Source of the DNA: Leptospiraceae bacterium | Lineage (GTDB): Bacteria > Spirochaetota > Leptospiria > Leptospirales > Leptonemataceae | Direction: 5' to 3' | Assembly (NCBI GenBank): GCA_040217195.1 | Contig: JAVJNR010000003.1 | Coordinates: 320,001-384,000, forward strand | Length of the DNA stretch: 64,000 nt | Part shown: one piece after another, positions 11,901-20,238 of the stretch | Numbering within the stretch: position 1 is the stretch's first letter | How the letters are laid out: every line of letters begins with the position of its first letter | Notes under the pieces: model-generated | Database searches by the model: none | Seen by the model: the letters and a program-made list of their open reading frames with translations, nothing else | What the model was told of the DNA's origin: nothing | Program-made: the position numbers and the translations under genes

Positions 11901-11944
11901 AATCAGCCGGAAACAAAAATCATCCATTGGAGGAAACACAATGA
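8906..11944 (+). CDS. RND (AcrB/AcrD/AcrF family) permease 2
   Basis: 1012 aa; IERLITRPLEE, GLLIDNAIVVTE, LGALFES, RLRPVLLTCITS; ATGA overlap with permease 1. Confidence 0.92.
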   Translation: MRHRSPDPGNSRKNNIFLAIVSRPTACLMIAVILVQVGCISLFRIPLGLIPSSENRAITIVTRYSGKDPETIERLITRPLEESLSDLRGLKRTTSESREGESRINAWFKRNVPIELRINETSEKIQPLVGNFPSDVNRPYIIEYSNNDKPVFAFSLQSDSRSLFSIRSFVESQLSPELNQIPGVADVSVVGSTPEEIQMILDPLPLFSSKVRPGTIASLVRQNMNQTVVGQIWEPTVRTVRIDSSIDSVAELRRLNLSGSSNSVSHWAQTRRGSRRPTSISRTDGHRRVSVFLSKKSSGSILRIAEEARSLLESKSLPEDLHRSIVLDRGILVRESLHSLLVACLFGSLIAAGTMFLFIRNLVLTLIASLSIPFSITASFSFFLWSGIELHAITFSALALSTGLLIDNAIVVTERIHSLFEEGTNSISNCAESLKESAGALFGGTFSTMVAFLPVLFLEGSHRQRYLDFALSISFPLILSLFFALVVLPGALRRQKRYRTRPEKRKTFLLEKQILVLTRNWRLVVAINLGLTLLLMILLWQTPIISTNSDSPDQIHARVSLPTGMHLQRTAEIFNSLEKKAKFHPMVRNVDARIEKNQGDLYLSLVQTAALHRVIEDLRMSLNQVPRAFVHFRSTDSGLDHKIRINFLGNDFARLREVVRSFAQEVRKPGTRRVIFHFRKPRKYLDFRPSLEVRSRESLAPARLAGLLKINMQGIVISKLHLDQKEMDLRLMGDWSPANGLSELENFPIPHGSDIRSLKELGRFKESMGEPAIWHKNKRRSLSLTVEMTEPEHETVVERLHSFFQSKVRDRNIGFSLGRKYRQARNQGYEFILSIFAALLLIYLFLGALFESFKIPLIILFSIPIPIVSALLAQVLVFGSLSQVALFSLMMLGGLTANGGILMASTIKNQSLLRESAAPECFRIIVRAAQMRLRPVLLTCITSIAGMLPLLFSSGWASNLWKPVALITITGTLVTIPTVLFLIPAAYYVLISRAAPSRKSAGNKNHPLEETQ

Positions 11945-12936
11945 GTATTAATAACAGTTCGCAGAAACGTAAGCTTGCTTCGAAAAACGATACTCAGAAG
12001 AAGTCGGAAACGAGAAAGAAACAGTCAGGCACTCCAAAAAGCGAAACCGGAATCTCCAGAGCCGCCAGTAATAGCGTTCCGGGTCTAGAGAATAGGGCCA
12101 GGCAGGAGCGGCAAATACAAACGGATCTGGACCCGGAAAGTGCTACTAGAATCTTCGATACTCCCATCCCCGGAAGAAGAGATACACCATTCGAAGAATT
12201 TCGAGTCTGGATGCATTCGGCCAAAGGATGGATTTATGCTCTGGTACTGGTGGCTATGATTTATCCGGCCATTTACAGTTTAGGGAAGCTTCGCGACCCC
12301 GGTATCGAAAAGGCCCTGGAGGGCTACTTTGCCAGAGAATTCACTGAAGCAAAGGTTGGCACCGGCGGATACATGATTGGCGATCTTCATAGAAGCAAGG
12401 ATCATATCTTGAATACTGTGAAAGCAATACGACTGCTAACCTACGGATCGAATGCGGCTCAGCTACCAATTGATAAATATCACTTCCAGCGTTTCGCGGT
12501 AAGGCAATATCAAAATGATCTGCTGGCCCGAGCCGCGCTACGAATGGACTTGTTGCAGAGACCTGAAATTCGTCGTTTTGTAGTCAATGAAACCAGAAAC
12601 TCCCTTGCCAGAGCCTATGTTCTATATTCAATTCGAAACGATCTACCAAACAGGCTGTATCGACAGTCGGAGGATGGAGACAAAGACAAAGACAAAGCCA
12701 AAGCAAATCGGAAATCGCATGCAGATGGGCTCTCCCTCAACTCCTCCAGCAAGCGGTGGAGTAACAAAGAGCGAAGAAAAATGAAAGGAAATTCGAACAA
12801 CCGAAAGCACCAGGTTTTCCAGGAACAAACCCTTTCTACTACAGAGTTAGAACGTATAAAAAGAATTCAGCGGCAGATAGTAGAGCATCGCAAAAAACTG
12901 ATTCGAAAGGAAAGGCTACACCAGTCCAGCGAGTAG
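11941..12936 (+). CDS. Single-TM protein resembling SurA/PrsA-type foldase N/C helices without a parvulin domain
   Basis: GGAGG RBS and ATGA overlap at 11941 (track start 11665 lies inside permease 2); TM WIYALVLVAMIYPAIYSL; LLARAALRMDLLQRPEIRRFV...SLARAYV resembles the foldase N-domain. Confidence 0.55.
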   Translation: MSINNSSQKRKLASKNDTQKKSETRKKQSGTPKSETGISRAASNSVPGLENRARQERQIQTDLDPESATRIFDTPIPGRRDTPFEEFRVWMHSAKGWIYALVLVAMIYPAIYSLGKLRDPGIEKALEGYFAREFTEAKVGTGGYMIGDLHRSKDHILNTVKAIRLLTYGSNAAQLPIDKYHFQRFAVRQYQNDLLARAALRMDLLQRPEIRRFVVNETRNSLARAYVLYSIRNDLPNRLYRQSEDGDKDKDKAKANRKSHADGLSLNSSSKRWSNKERRKMKGNSNNRKHQVFQEQTLSTTELERIKRIQRQIVEHRKKLIRKERLHQSSE

Positions 12937-12979
12937 AGAGAATCCAGTAATCCCGATTTGTATGCAGAAAGCAGGTTGA

Positions 12980-14758
12980 CTAAAGCTTAAAGAACTCAGT
13001 TTCCTTGATAAGTCCTTCTGCTTCCTGCGAAAGCTCTCCGGATATTTCCCGAAGATTCTGAGACACTGCAGTGATAGATTCCGTACGCCTTGTGATTTGA
13101 TCCAGATTCTTGGTCATCTCCTGGAATGCCTGGGTTTGCTCGGATGTGGCCTCGGCAACAAAATTCGCATTTCTCAAGACACCCTGAAATGCCTCGCTAA
13201 GTTGATCTCCGGCCTTTCTCTGAGAGGCTGCCTGGTCACCCAGCTTACGAAACAATTCGAATTTGGATGAAATCTCATCTATATACTGAATCATTGTATG
13301 CGAAGCATCGCTCACCTGCTGCAATCCGTTTCGAATTGTATCCGAGGAGCCGGAGGTAAGATCCTGGATATTTCCCAGATACTGTCTTGTGCGATCCGCC
13401 AATCTAGAAATCTCACTGGCAACCACTGCAAATCCTCGGCCGTACTCACCGGCCCGGGCCGCCTCAATACTTGCGTTCAGAGCCAGTAGACCTACCTGGT
13501 CTGCAATTTCTGCAATGCTATCCACAGCTTCGATAATATCCCCGGTGGCCTTTTCCACATCCTGCATGGATTGAATGGATCGAGCCATCATGGTTTGCCC
13601 CTCTTTCGCGCGACCCTGGGTGCTATTCACTTCCTGCGACACCAGCTCCGTTTCCTGTACCGTAGATTCCAGCTGGCGATGCAGGGTATCCAGAATCCTC
13701 TCCACTTCCCGGGCCGAGTTGGTCTGCTCTCTGGCATTTCCTGCTATGGATTCGGCAACACTGCCAGTTTCCTCAATGGATGCAGAAATCTCTTCTACGG
13801 CCGCTGCATTCTCCTGGGATTCTTGAGCCAGGGTATCTCCGGATTCGGTAAGTGTATCCGAGCGTCGATCCAGATCCTTTGCCGTAATAGTTAGAGAAGT
13901 GGCTGTAGTATGAAGCGTTCGAGCCAGTCGACTGATGGATTGAGCCATCTCTCCGAGTTCATCGGATCCCACAGTAGGTGTGGATCCTCTTAAATCTCCT
14001 GTGCCCAGGGTTTCCAGGCTGCCAATCACAGCTTTTACATTGGTTCCCATGCTACTTGCATAGCTTCCCGCAGTGGTTGCTCCACAGATCAACAGGATAA
14101 TGGAAAGCATTCCCACATGTAGCTCCGGGTTGTCAGAAGTAAGATTGCCGGTTGCAAATGCAAAGGCTACAGAGCCCAGAATCATCAGGAAGGCCATCCC
14201 AATGCTCACCTGGGTGAGCTGGGTTCGCCACCACAGAGGAAATCGTACGATCTGCTTTCGTTCCAGTGGAACAGAGGCAAGCTCCGGACGGGCCAGAAAC
14301 TGTGCGAAATATTTTTCAGCGAAGAAATAATAAAGACAGGCGGAAATGGGAAAGCAGGCCAGAAAGACTATGCCTACAGTAAACCATATCCAGGGCCGAA
14401 ACCCGGTCATCAGGGTTAAGACGCCGGCCACAGTGCTCACTCCAAGAAACCATCGGAGGGAGATGTTCAATGCTTCCTTGCCCGGAGAGTTCAAAAGATG
14501 CAGTTTAAGATTCTTTCTGGAATCTTCATTAATCGACTGAGAACTGAATAACGGCAAAGCAGGCTTCACCACCTGAAAGTATCGCGCGATGTTACCGAAA
14601 AGCAAAGTGACCACAATTGCAGTCGGAAGGGCCGCAATCAGGAATGCTTTGAGCTCTGCATCACTGAATCCGGTGAAGAAAATAAGAAAATACACTGCCA
14701 GTCCCACTGGCAGGGAATATACGATAAGATCCAATCTAAGAATTAGCTGTGTTTGCAT
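12980..14758 (-). CDS. Methyl-accepting chemotaxis protein (multi-TM, HAMP)
   Basis: About six N-terminal TM segments; HAMP GDL...DELGEMA; signalling hairpin [37 protein letters not shown]. Confidence 0.95.
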   Translation of the reverse strand: MQTQLILRLDLIVYSLPVGLAVYFLIFFTGFSDAELKAFLIAALPTAIVVTLLFGNIARYFQVVKPALPLFSSQSINEDSRKNLKLHLLNSPGKEALNISLRWFLGVSTVAGVLTLMTGFRPWIWFTVGIVFLACFPISACLYYFFAEKYFAQFLARPELASVPLERKQIVRFPLWWRTQLTQVSIGMAFLMILGSVAFAFATGNLTSDNPELHVGMLSIILLICGATTAGSYASSMGTNVKAVIGSLETLGTGDLRGSTPTVGSDELGEMAQSISRLARTLHTTATSLTITAKDLDRRSDTLTESGDTLAQESQENAAAVEEISASIEETGSVAESIAGNAREQTNSAREVERILDTLHRQLESTVQETELVSQEVNSTQGRAKEGQTMMARSIQSMQDVEKATGDIIEAVDSIAEIADQVGLLALNASIEAARAGEYGRGFAVVASEISRLADRTRQYLGNIQDLTSGSSDTIRNGLQQVSDASHTMIQYIDEISSKFELFRKLGDQAASQRKAGDQLSEAFQGVLRNANFVAEATSEQTQAFQEMTKNLDQITRRTESITAVSQNLREISGELSQEAEGLIKETEFFKL

Positions 14759-14824
14759 GTTTAGCCGCTAAAGAGTCACAATTGATTTCGGGTCCGAGAC
14801 CAGGTTAGAGAGCCTCAGTTTAAA

Positions 14825-14832
14825 GTATCGGC
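14825..14832 (-). promoter_or_regulatory. Possible sigma28 (FliA) -10 element GCCGATAC upstream of MCP
   Basis: Minus strand reads GCCGATAC (consensus GCCGATAA) about 66 nt upstream of the MCP start; no good TAAA -35 at canonical spacing. Confidence 0.25.
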
Positions 14833-14907
14833 AGTTGATGCTAGCAGAGAATTTCCCTTCCTCATATTACTTACTAAAATGAAGACCAAGGGTACACAAA
14901 GCTACAT

Positions 14908-15126
14908 TCAGACCAAACTGTAGTGTTTCAGCCAGGATAAATATTAGTCAACGAGATTGTATACGGGAGTAGACTTGGAACTTAATGTCCACCGCAGTAC
15001 TGACGGGCCCCTTCCAGGTTGTACTCAGACAGAACTGCATTGTCTCCGCCGGGATATATTGCAGTCAATGAGATTGTACACTGGATGAGATTTCGACTCT
15101 AAAGATGGCACCCCAGTACAGACGGG
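14908..15126. repeat. Degenerate tandem duplication, about 100-bp unit, 117-bp period
   Basis: 14908-15007 vs 15025-15126: 57/78 identical ungapped by hand count, then caccgcagtactgacggg vs caccccagtacagacggg. Confidence 0.8.
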
Positions 15127-15139
15127 GAGGCCCGTACTG
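15114..15139 (-). terminator. Bulged hairpin downstream of the subtilase operon
   Basis: cagt(acag)acggg-gagg-cccgt-actg, 21 bp past the operon's last stop; no clear U-tract. Confidence 0.35.
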
Positions 15140-15160
15140 CGGCAACCGAATAATTCTTAT

Positions 15161-15514
15161 CTAGAACTTCTGATATAGATAGTTCGGATCAACACTGATC
15201 ACTCTCGGAGATGACTCCAGAGCAGCCTTTATGGCTTCCAGGCCGGGATCAGGGTCGAACATCAGTTTATAGTGATTGGAGCTAGCCGAAACCAGCTTGA
15301 TTTCCTTTAGCGGAAGGTCTGCCAGTTCATTTTCCAGCAAGGATTGAGCTCCCTCCGAATCCATTTTCTCAAGCTTGACTATATACTCACCGGGTACCCG
15401 ACGAGGCGGCATTTCTTTGCCGCCCGGTCCTGGTTCTGACATTGGTTTATCCGGAGATGCTCCCATACAGAAAGGTAATAGGAACATCCCCGCAATTATC
15501 AACCGTTTCGTCAT
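15161..15514 (-). CDS. Stand-alone subtilase propeptide-like (I9/fervidolysin pro-domain-like) exported protein
   Basis: Signal peptide with possible lipobox LLPFC; VPGEYIVK...SPRVISVDPNYLYQKF parallels the adjacent protease's pro-domain VPGEVIVK...DPMVEYAEPNYLYQKF. Confidence 0.75.
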   Translation of the reverse strand: MTKRLIIAGMFLLPFCMGASPDKPMSEPGPGGKEMPPRRVPGEYIVKLEKMDSEGAQSLLENELADLPLKEIKLVSASSNHYKLMFDPDPGLEAIKAALESSPRVISVDPNYLYQKF

Positions 15515-17520
15515 TGTAGAGTTGCCGTTACTCCCGTAACCTGATCCAGATCCCGCATGGAGTTATCTGCATTTATAGACACTCCATACTTGGTATTGGC
15601 CGCAATATCCGTGGCCGCTTCGCCACCATCGATGATCTTCTGGATGGTATCCGCAGCATCATAGTCCGGATTATAGGCCCGCAAGAGAGCTGCCAGACCA
15701 GCTACATGAGGTGCAGCCATGGAAGTTCCGTCCAGATAGGAATAGGCGGTGTTACTGGGTTCCCAGGTCGTAACCACCATGTCTGCCACAATCGCTCCGG
15801 GCCGATTAGCTGTAACATCGCTGAAAATCTGGTATCCAACGGTGCAATTGGTGCTACCCAGACAATTCTCCAGAAAGTGGTTCCCGGAAGCCACAAACCT
15901 GGTTCCACCATCTTCGCAGAAATAGGTCGTATATTGCCCCCTATTGAAATCCGGCAATTGGAGAAACGTCCCCGAACCCACCGGATCCCCCGTAGAGGAG
16001 GAATATGCTGCCCGGGTATAATCGTAGCAGTAGGGAGAAGATGGCCTATCTTCGCCATATGCCACGATGGTATGTCGCAGACCTATATGCGTTGCACTGG
16101 AGCTAACGGAGAAGTTTCGGTAGATGCGTCGATCTGCACTGGAGGGCATAACCGTCACTGTGGAAGTTTCGCCTACCAGGAATTCCCAGAAAGAACAATC
16201 GGGGACCGTAAGCATATCCAGCGCATTGGCACCTGTACCACATTCATCGGAGATCCAATCAGCAGCCGGGCCTGTTCCGGCAGTCAGCCAGCTGGAGTAG
16301 ACGGTACTACCGGAAAGCTCCGTTTCTATACCATAGGCGCTCATGATGTTGGTTCCCGGGGCACCCAGGTCCACCGCCCGCAGAGACTGACTGGATGTAT
16401 CAAAGTTTGAGAAACTGGCTCGATCGAAATCCTGGTCCAGGGCAGCCACACAGAGGATGTTGCTATTCGTTAGCTCGCAAGGATACACATTGTTGGATGC
16501 CAGATCCTGATTCGAATTTCCAGCAGCAATGATTACTACCACATCGTTGGATTCTGCATAATCAATGGCATCCTCCATAAGAGAACTGGTGGAACCACCG
16601 CCCAGGCTAAGGTTAATCACCTTGGCACCGTTGCGCACTGCGAATTCGATCCCCTGCGCAATATCGTCCAGAGCGGCACCCTCATGACCAATAACTCGAA
16701 CTGCCATGATATCTGCGGTCTGGCAAACTCCGGAGATGCCTTTGTTATTGTTACCCACCGCGCCTATTGTAGCAGCCACATGGGTTCCATGCCCTTCTTC
16801 GTCCGCTGGATCGTTATCATCGTCCACGTAGTCCCATCCGTGGTTAGGACAGCCACCGGAGACGGTAGTACCATTTTCATCCACGCAACCCGTACCATCC
16901 CACATGTTGGCCGAAAGGTCTTCGTGGGAATAGTTAACGCCGGTGTCGATCACAGCTACTGTAGTGGCACTACAATCTGTAGTCACATCCCAGGCATTGA
17001 GAATATCAATGTCCTTTCCGGATGTTCCCGGATTGTTACTGGTGTAGGATGGACTGCTGAGGGTCTGCCCGGTGTTTTCGAGGCCCCATAGATTTCCCCA
17101 CTGTGTGTCGTTGGGTGCGGGAGCAAACTTCTGGTAGAGGTAGTTTGGCTCTGCATATTCCACCATGGGATCACGGTTTAACCGGGCCACTGCCTGCTCT
17201 ACAGTTTCACCTGTGAGAATTCGGGCCTTCCTTGCCTTTAGTCGCGGCATGCGAATAGAGGTCTGTAATCCCAGCCCGGTGGTTCTTGCAGTTTGAGCAT
17301 GCTCACTGAGGCCGGGCTTGTATTTCACAATCACCTCACCGGGAACATACTCTTGCCTCTGAAATACCTTTTTATAGGGCTCATTGAATGGCTTATAAAC
17401 CGGTTCTTCTGCGTTTGGTCCGGCAAGAAGTGTACTGGTAAGCAAACCTGCCACAACGAGCCCGAGGGCAGCACCTAGCTGCCTGGTTCTGAAAACATTG
17501 TTCATTTTCTTATCTTTCAT
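15511..17520 (-). CDS. S8 family serine peptidase (subtilase) with internal insertion
   Basis: AGGAGG RBS; signal peptide; triad motifs VAVIDTG, HGTHVA, GTSMAAPHVAG; oxyanion AAGNS. Confidence 0.95.
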   Translation of the reverse strand: MKDKKMNNVFRTRQLGAALGLVVAGLLTSTLLAGPNAEEPVYKPFNEPYKKVFQRQEYVPGEVIVKYKPGLSEHAQTARTTGLGLQTSIRMPRLKARKARILTGETVEQAVARLNRDPMVEYAEPNYLYQKFAPAPNDTQWGNLWGLENTGQTLSSPSYTSNNPGTSGKDIDILNAWDVTTDCSATTVAVIDTGVNYSHEDLSANMWDGTGCVDENGTTVSGGCPNHGWDYVDDDNDPADEEGHGTHVAATIGAVGNNNKGISGVCQTADIMAVRVIGHEGAALDDIAQGIEFAVRNGAKVINLSLGGGSTSSLMEDAIDYAESNDVVVIIAAGNSNQDLASNNVYPCELTNSNILCVAALDQDFDRASFSNFDTSSQSLRAVDLGAPGTNIMSAYGIETELSGSTVYSSWLTAGTGPAADWISDECGTGANALDMLTVPDCSFWEFLVGETSTVTVMPSSADRRIYRNFSVSSSATHIGLRHTIVAYGEDRPSSPYCYDYTRAAYSSSTGDPVGSGTFLQLPDFNRGQYTTYFCEDGGTRFVASGNHFLENCLGSTNCTVGYQIFSDVTANRPGAIVADMVVTTWEPSNTAYSYLDGTSMAAPHVAGLAALLRAYNPDYDAADTIQKIIDGGEAATDIAANTKYGVSINADNSMRDLDQVTGVTATLQ

Positions 17521-17531
17521 GATTTCGCCTC

Positions 17532-19043
17532 CTACTGTGGCACTGCCACTGATTGTTGAGAGGATGGAGGACCTCCATCGGTGTTGAATCCGGCGAAGGC
17601 ATAAACCTTAATATACCATGTGCCATGGTAATTCACCGTAATCACTTTTGATGTGGCAGTATCTCCGGATCCTGGCCAGGAAACTAGATCGCAAAATATA
17701 GTTGATCCATCCACGTCTGCAGGATCGAATCCGGAGGTCTGGCTATAGCATACGGCATATCCGCCGCCTGTATCGCTCACTCCTTGCTCTTTCGCTGCAT
17801 CCCATTCTACCAGTATATCTTTTCCAGAATGACCGGTTCCGCTCAAATTCAGGGACACAGAAGAAGCAGAACCATCGTCGCCATCGGCACTCTCTATATC
17901 CAGAGTGGCCGATTTAGAACCGATTGTGTCTGGTTCAAAGGTAACATTGAAGCTAATGGATCCGCCAGGAGCGATGCTGGTTCCAGTAAGTGCAGTGCGC
18001 ACAAATTGGGAAGCGTCGCCTCCACCGATGGATACGTCCAGTCCGGTTAGAGTCTCTGTTCCAATATTTCTGACAATAATGGTTTTGGAGGAGCTCACAT
18101 CGTCGGGCCAAACCGTTCCGAAAGTTGGAATGGATCCACCGCTGGTGTAGTCCACGCTATTGTGCTCGATTTGAATCATAGGCTGAGGCTCCGGCGTGGA
18201 AGTCCCTACCAGATCCAGCTCAAACGCAGGATAATCCGGATCGTTCGTTTCGATTGTCAGCGTTGCCGTTTTGGAACCGTCCACCGTTGGCTCGAAAGTT
18301 ATCGTAAAGGTTCTGGAATTTCCGGGAGTCAGATTCGCATTGGATGGCTGACCGATGGTAAATTCCGTATGATTGGTGCCCGCTTTTGAAATTGCAGGAC
18401 TGTTGGTAAAAGTCAGATTCTGACTTCCGGTGTTTGTTATAGTAAATGTACGGGCCGAACCACTCTGGTTTTCCTGTACACTACCCATGTTCAGCTCCGC
18501 ATTATGCGAGTAAGTAGTTGATCCTTCAGTGATAGCCATCCTTGGCGCAGCCCCGGATCCTTCACCTGTAAGGTCTAACTCATAGGTTGGTGTTCCATTA
18601 TCGTTACTATCGATGGTAATGGTGGCCGTGCGAGTACCATTCGCTCCCGGAACGAACGTTATGGTGAAGCTGGTAGAGCCCCCTCCCGATATTGTCGTTG
18701 CGGATGGCTGAGCGATTGTATAGTCAGAGGCATTGGAGCCTGTTTTGTCTACAATCGGTGTGCCCGTTAGCTCCAGGGACTCATCTCCGTCATTGTGGAT
18801 TGTTATGGTGTAAGTTTTTCCACTGCTGGCGTTGGTAATTTCAGAACCAAAATCCAGAGTGTTGCCGCTTCCGTAATCACTTCCCTCGTAGGACACCCGC
18901 ATAGATGGGGCCTGCCGCACTGGCGGCTCTCCACCTAAAAACAGGAAAGCCAGGCCATTGTTTCCCCCGCCACTGGGCGGGCAATGCAGTGCAAAAAGGG
19001 ACACTGCGACTACGGAAAGTAGTCTTCCGTATTTGAGTATCAT
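17532..19043 (-). CDS. Surface lipoprotein with three ASH/choice-of-anchor-D-like Ig domains and a C-terminal FN3-like domain
   Basis: Lipobox-like FALHC; three repeats of TI.N.G...L...F.I.F.P...G.K.AT..I.SND...L.G.G; C-terminal ILVEW...GYAVCYS...WYIKVYA. Confidence 0.8.
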   Translation of the reverse strand: MILKYGRLLSVVAVSLFALHCPPSGGGNNGLAFLFLGGEPPVRQAPSMRVSYEGSDYGSGNTLDFGSEITNASSGKTYTITIHNDGDESLELTGTPIVDKTGSNASDYTIAQPSATTISGGGSTSFTITFVPGANGTRTATITIDSNDNGTPTYELDLTGEGSGAAPRMAITEGSTTYSHNAELNMGSVQENQSGSARTFTITNTGSQNLTFTNSPAISKAGTNHTEFTIGQPSNANLTPGNSRTFTITFEPTVDGSKTATLTIETNDPDYPAFELDLVGTSTPEPQPMIQIEHNSVDYTSGGSIPTFGTVWPDDVSSSKTIIVRNIGTETLTGLDVSIGGGDASQFVRTALTGTSIAPGGSISFNVTFEPDTIGSKSATLDIESADGDDGSASSVSLNLSGTGHSGKDILVEWDAAKEQGVSDTGGGYAVCYSQTSGFDPADVDGSTIFCDLVSWPGSGDTATSKVITVNYHGTWYIKVYAFAGFNTDGGPPSSQQSVAVPQ

Positions 19044-19490
19044 TGATCATCTCCCAATATCTTTTTTTATCCTCAGGAATCGGTGGCGGGAAATGACCAA
19101 GGCCTTACTCCCCGCTCTATATGTTTATTGGTATACTGTTTTTTGGGGGTACAACAGGCCGGCAGTTCATTTTTTTATAAAAAATTCGCATTATATTCAG
19201 TCTATAACACTCCTGAATCGTCTCCTTACAGAAACTTTATTAACTGATTGCGTAAGATTACGAGCAGATAGTATGCAACCCAGGGCAGAAAGAGGAGAAT
19301 TAAGCTGACACAGCGTTGGGTAACAAAGTTCGATCGACCCACCGGGGCCTGGAATCTACAAATTGTTGAGCCGGCTAGAATCAGGGAAAACCGGGAAAGA
19401 CGGGGAGACTCCTTCTAAAACTGGCCTTTTTTAGGCGAATTCGCTTATAGAGGAGGTGAGACCTGCTAAGTGAAAAGGGTGAGGAAGTGG

Positions 19491-19518
19491 GTCTGCCGGC
19501 TCAGATGAACCGGCAGAC
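19491..19518 (-). terminator. Inverted repeat downstream of the AIM24 operon
   Basis: gtctgccgg-N10-ccggcagac, 12 bp past the stop of the last TIGR00266 gene. Confidence 0.6.
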
Positions 19519-19530
19519 AGATTCTATCGA

Positions 19531-20211
19531 TCAGGAATTGCTTCTCTGAACTCTACGATAGGCGTTGAGAAAACCGGCCAGCGGATACACCTGACGGGTC
19601 TGAATCCAAACCTTACCATTCCCCGAAAATCGACAAACCAGACCTTCACCGGAAAGAAATAACGATTTATAACCGCCAACCTTGGTGATATTGTAGTCCA
19701 GTCCTTCTGTAAAAGCTACAATGCAGCCTGTATCCACCACATATTGATCTTTCACATCGATTTCGATGATGGCTCCGTATGAGTTGAACCACAGATCCCC
19801 GGATCCGGTACATTTGATCAGAAACAGTGACTCTCCTGAGAAAAATCCCTTTGCCAGTCCCTGCCATTTCGTCTGCACTTCTACTCCCATGGTAGAAGCT
19901 ACGAAGGCAGAATTTTGCAGAAACATGGTTTCATTGTTCAGGTGCACATGAAACAAATCTCCGGGGGGCCCTGGAGATACTGAGACACTGCCATTTCCGC
20001 CTTCAGCGGTAAACTCATTGATAAACAGAGACTCTCCGGTGAGAAATCGGGAAAACCCACCTTTGAACCTGGTCTTCATTTTGACATTGGTGTCCATGGC
20101 AGCCATGGCACTCGCTTCCACTTTCAGGGTCTGCCCTGCAGGAACGTCGATTATAGCCATGGAAAAGTCCGGACGACCTTCCATTTTAAAATTCCAGCTT
20201 TGTCCTTCCAT
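19531..20211 (-). CDS. TIGR00266/AIM24 family protein (3rd)
   Basis: EASAMAAM, GESLFIN, GESLFL..G.G, VVDTGCIVAF, GEGLVCRFSG.GKVWIQTR. Confidence 0.92.
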   Translation of the reverse strand: MEGQSWNFKMEGRPDFSMAIIDVPAGQTLKVEASAMAAMDTNVKMKTRFKGGFSRFLTGESLFINEFTAEGGNGSVSVSPGPPGDLFHVHLNNETMFLQNSAFVASTMGVEVQTKWQGLAKGFFSGESLFLIKCTGSGDLWFNSYGAIIEIDVKDQYVVDTGCIVAFTEGLDYNITKVGGYKSLFLSGEGLVCRFSGNGKVWIQTRQVYPLAGFLNAYRRVQRSNS

Positions 20212-20238
20212 AATATTACTCCTTTCGCTTAATCTGGA

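Noticed and set aside
12679..12696. (gacaaa)x3 as a phase-variation tract
   Set aside because: In-frame hexamer encoding DKDKDK in a disordered linker; cannot shift the frame
14908..15126. Repeat region as a CRISPR array
   Set aside because: Only two degenerate ~100-bp units, no constant repeat with unique spacers, no cas genes
18958..19308. 116-aa plus-strand ORF in the gap upstream of the stalk gene
   Set aside because: TTG start inside the opposite gene, AT-rich promoter-like sequence, no protein features
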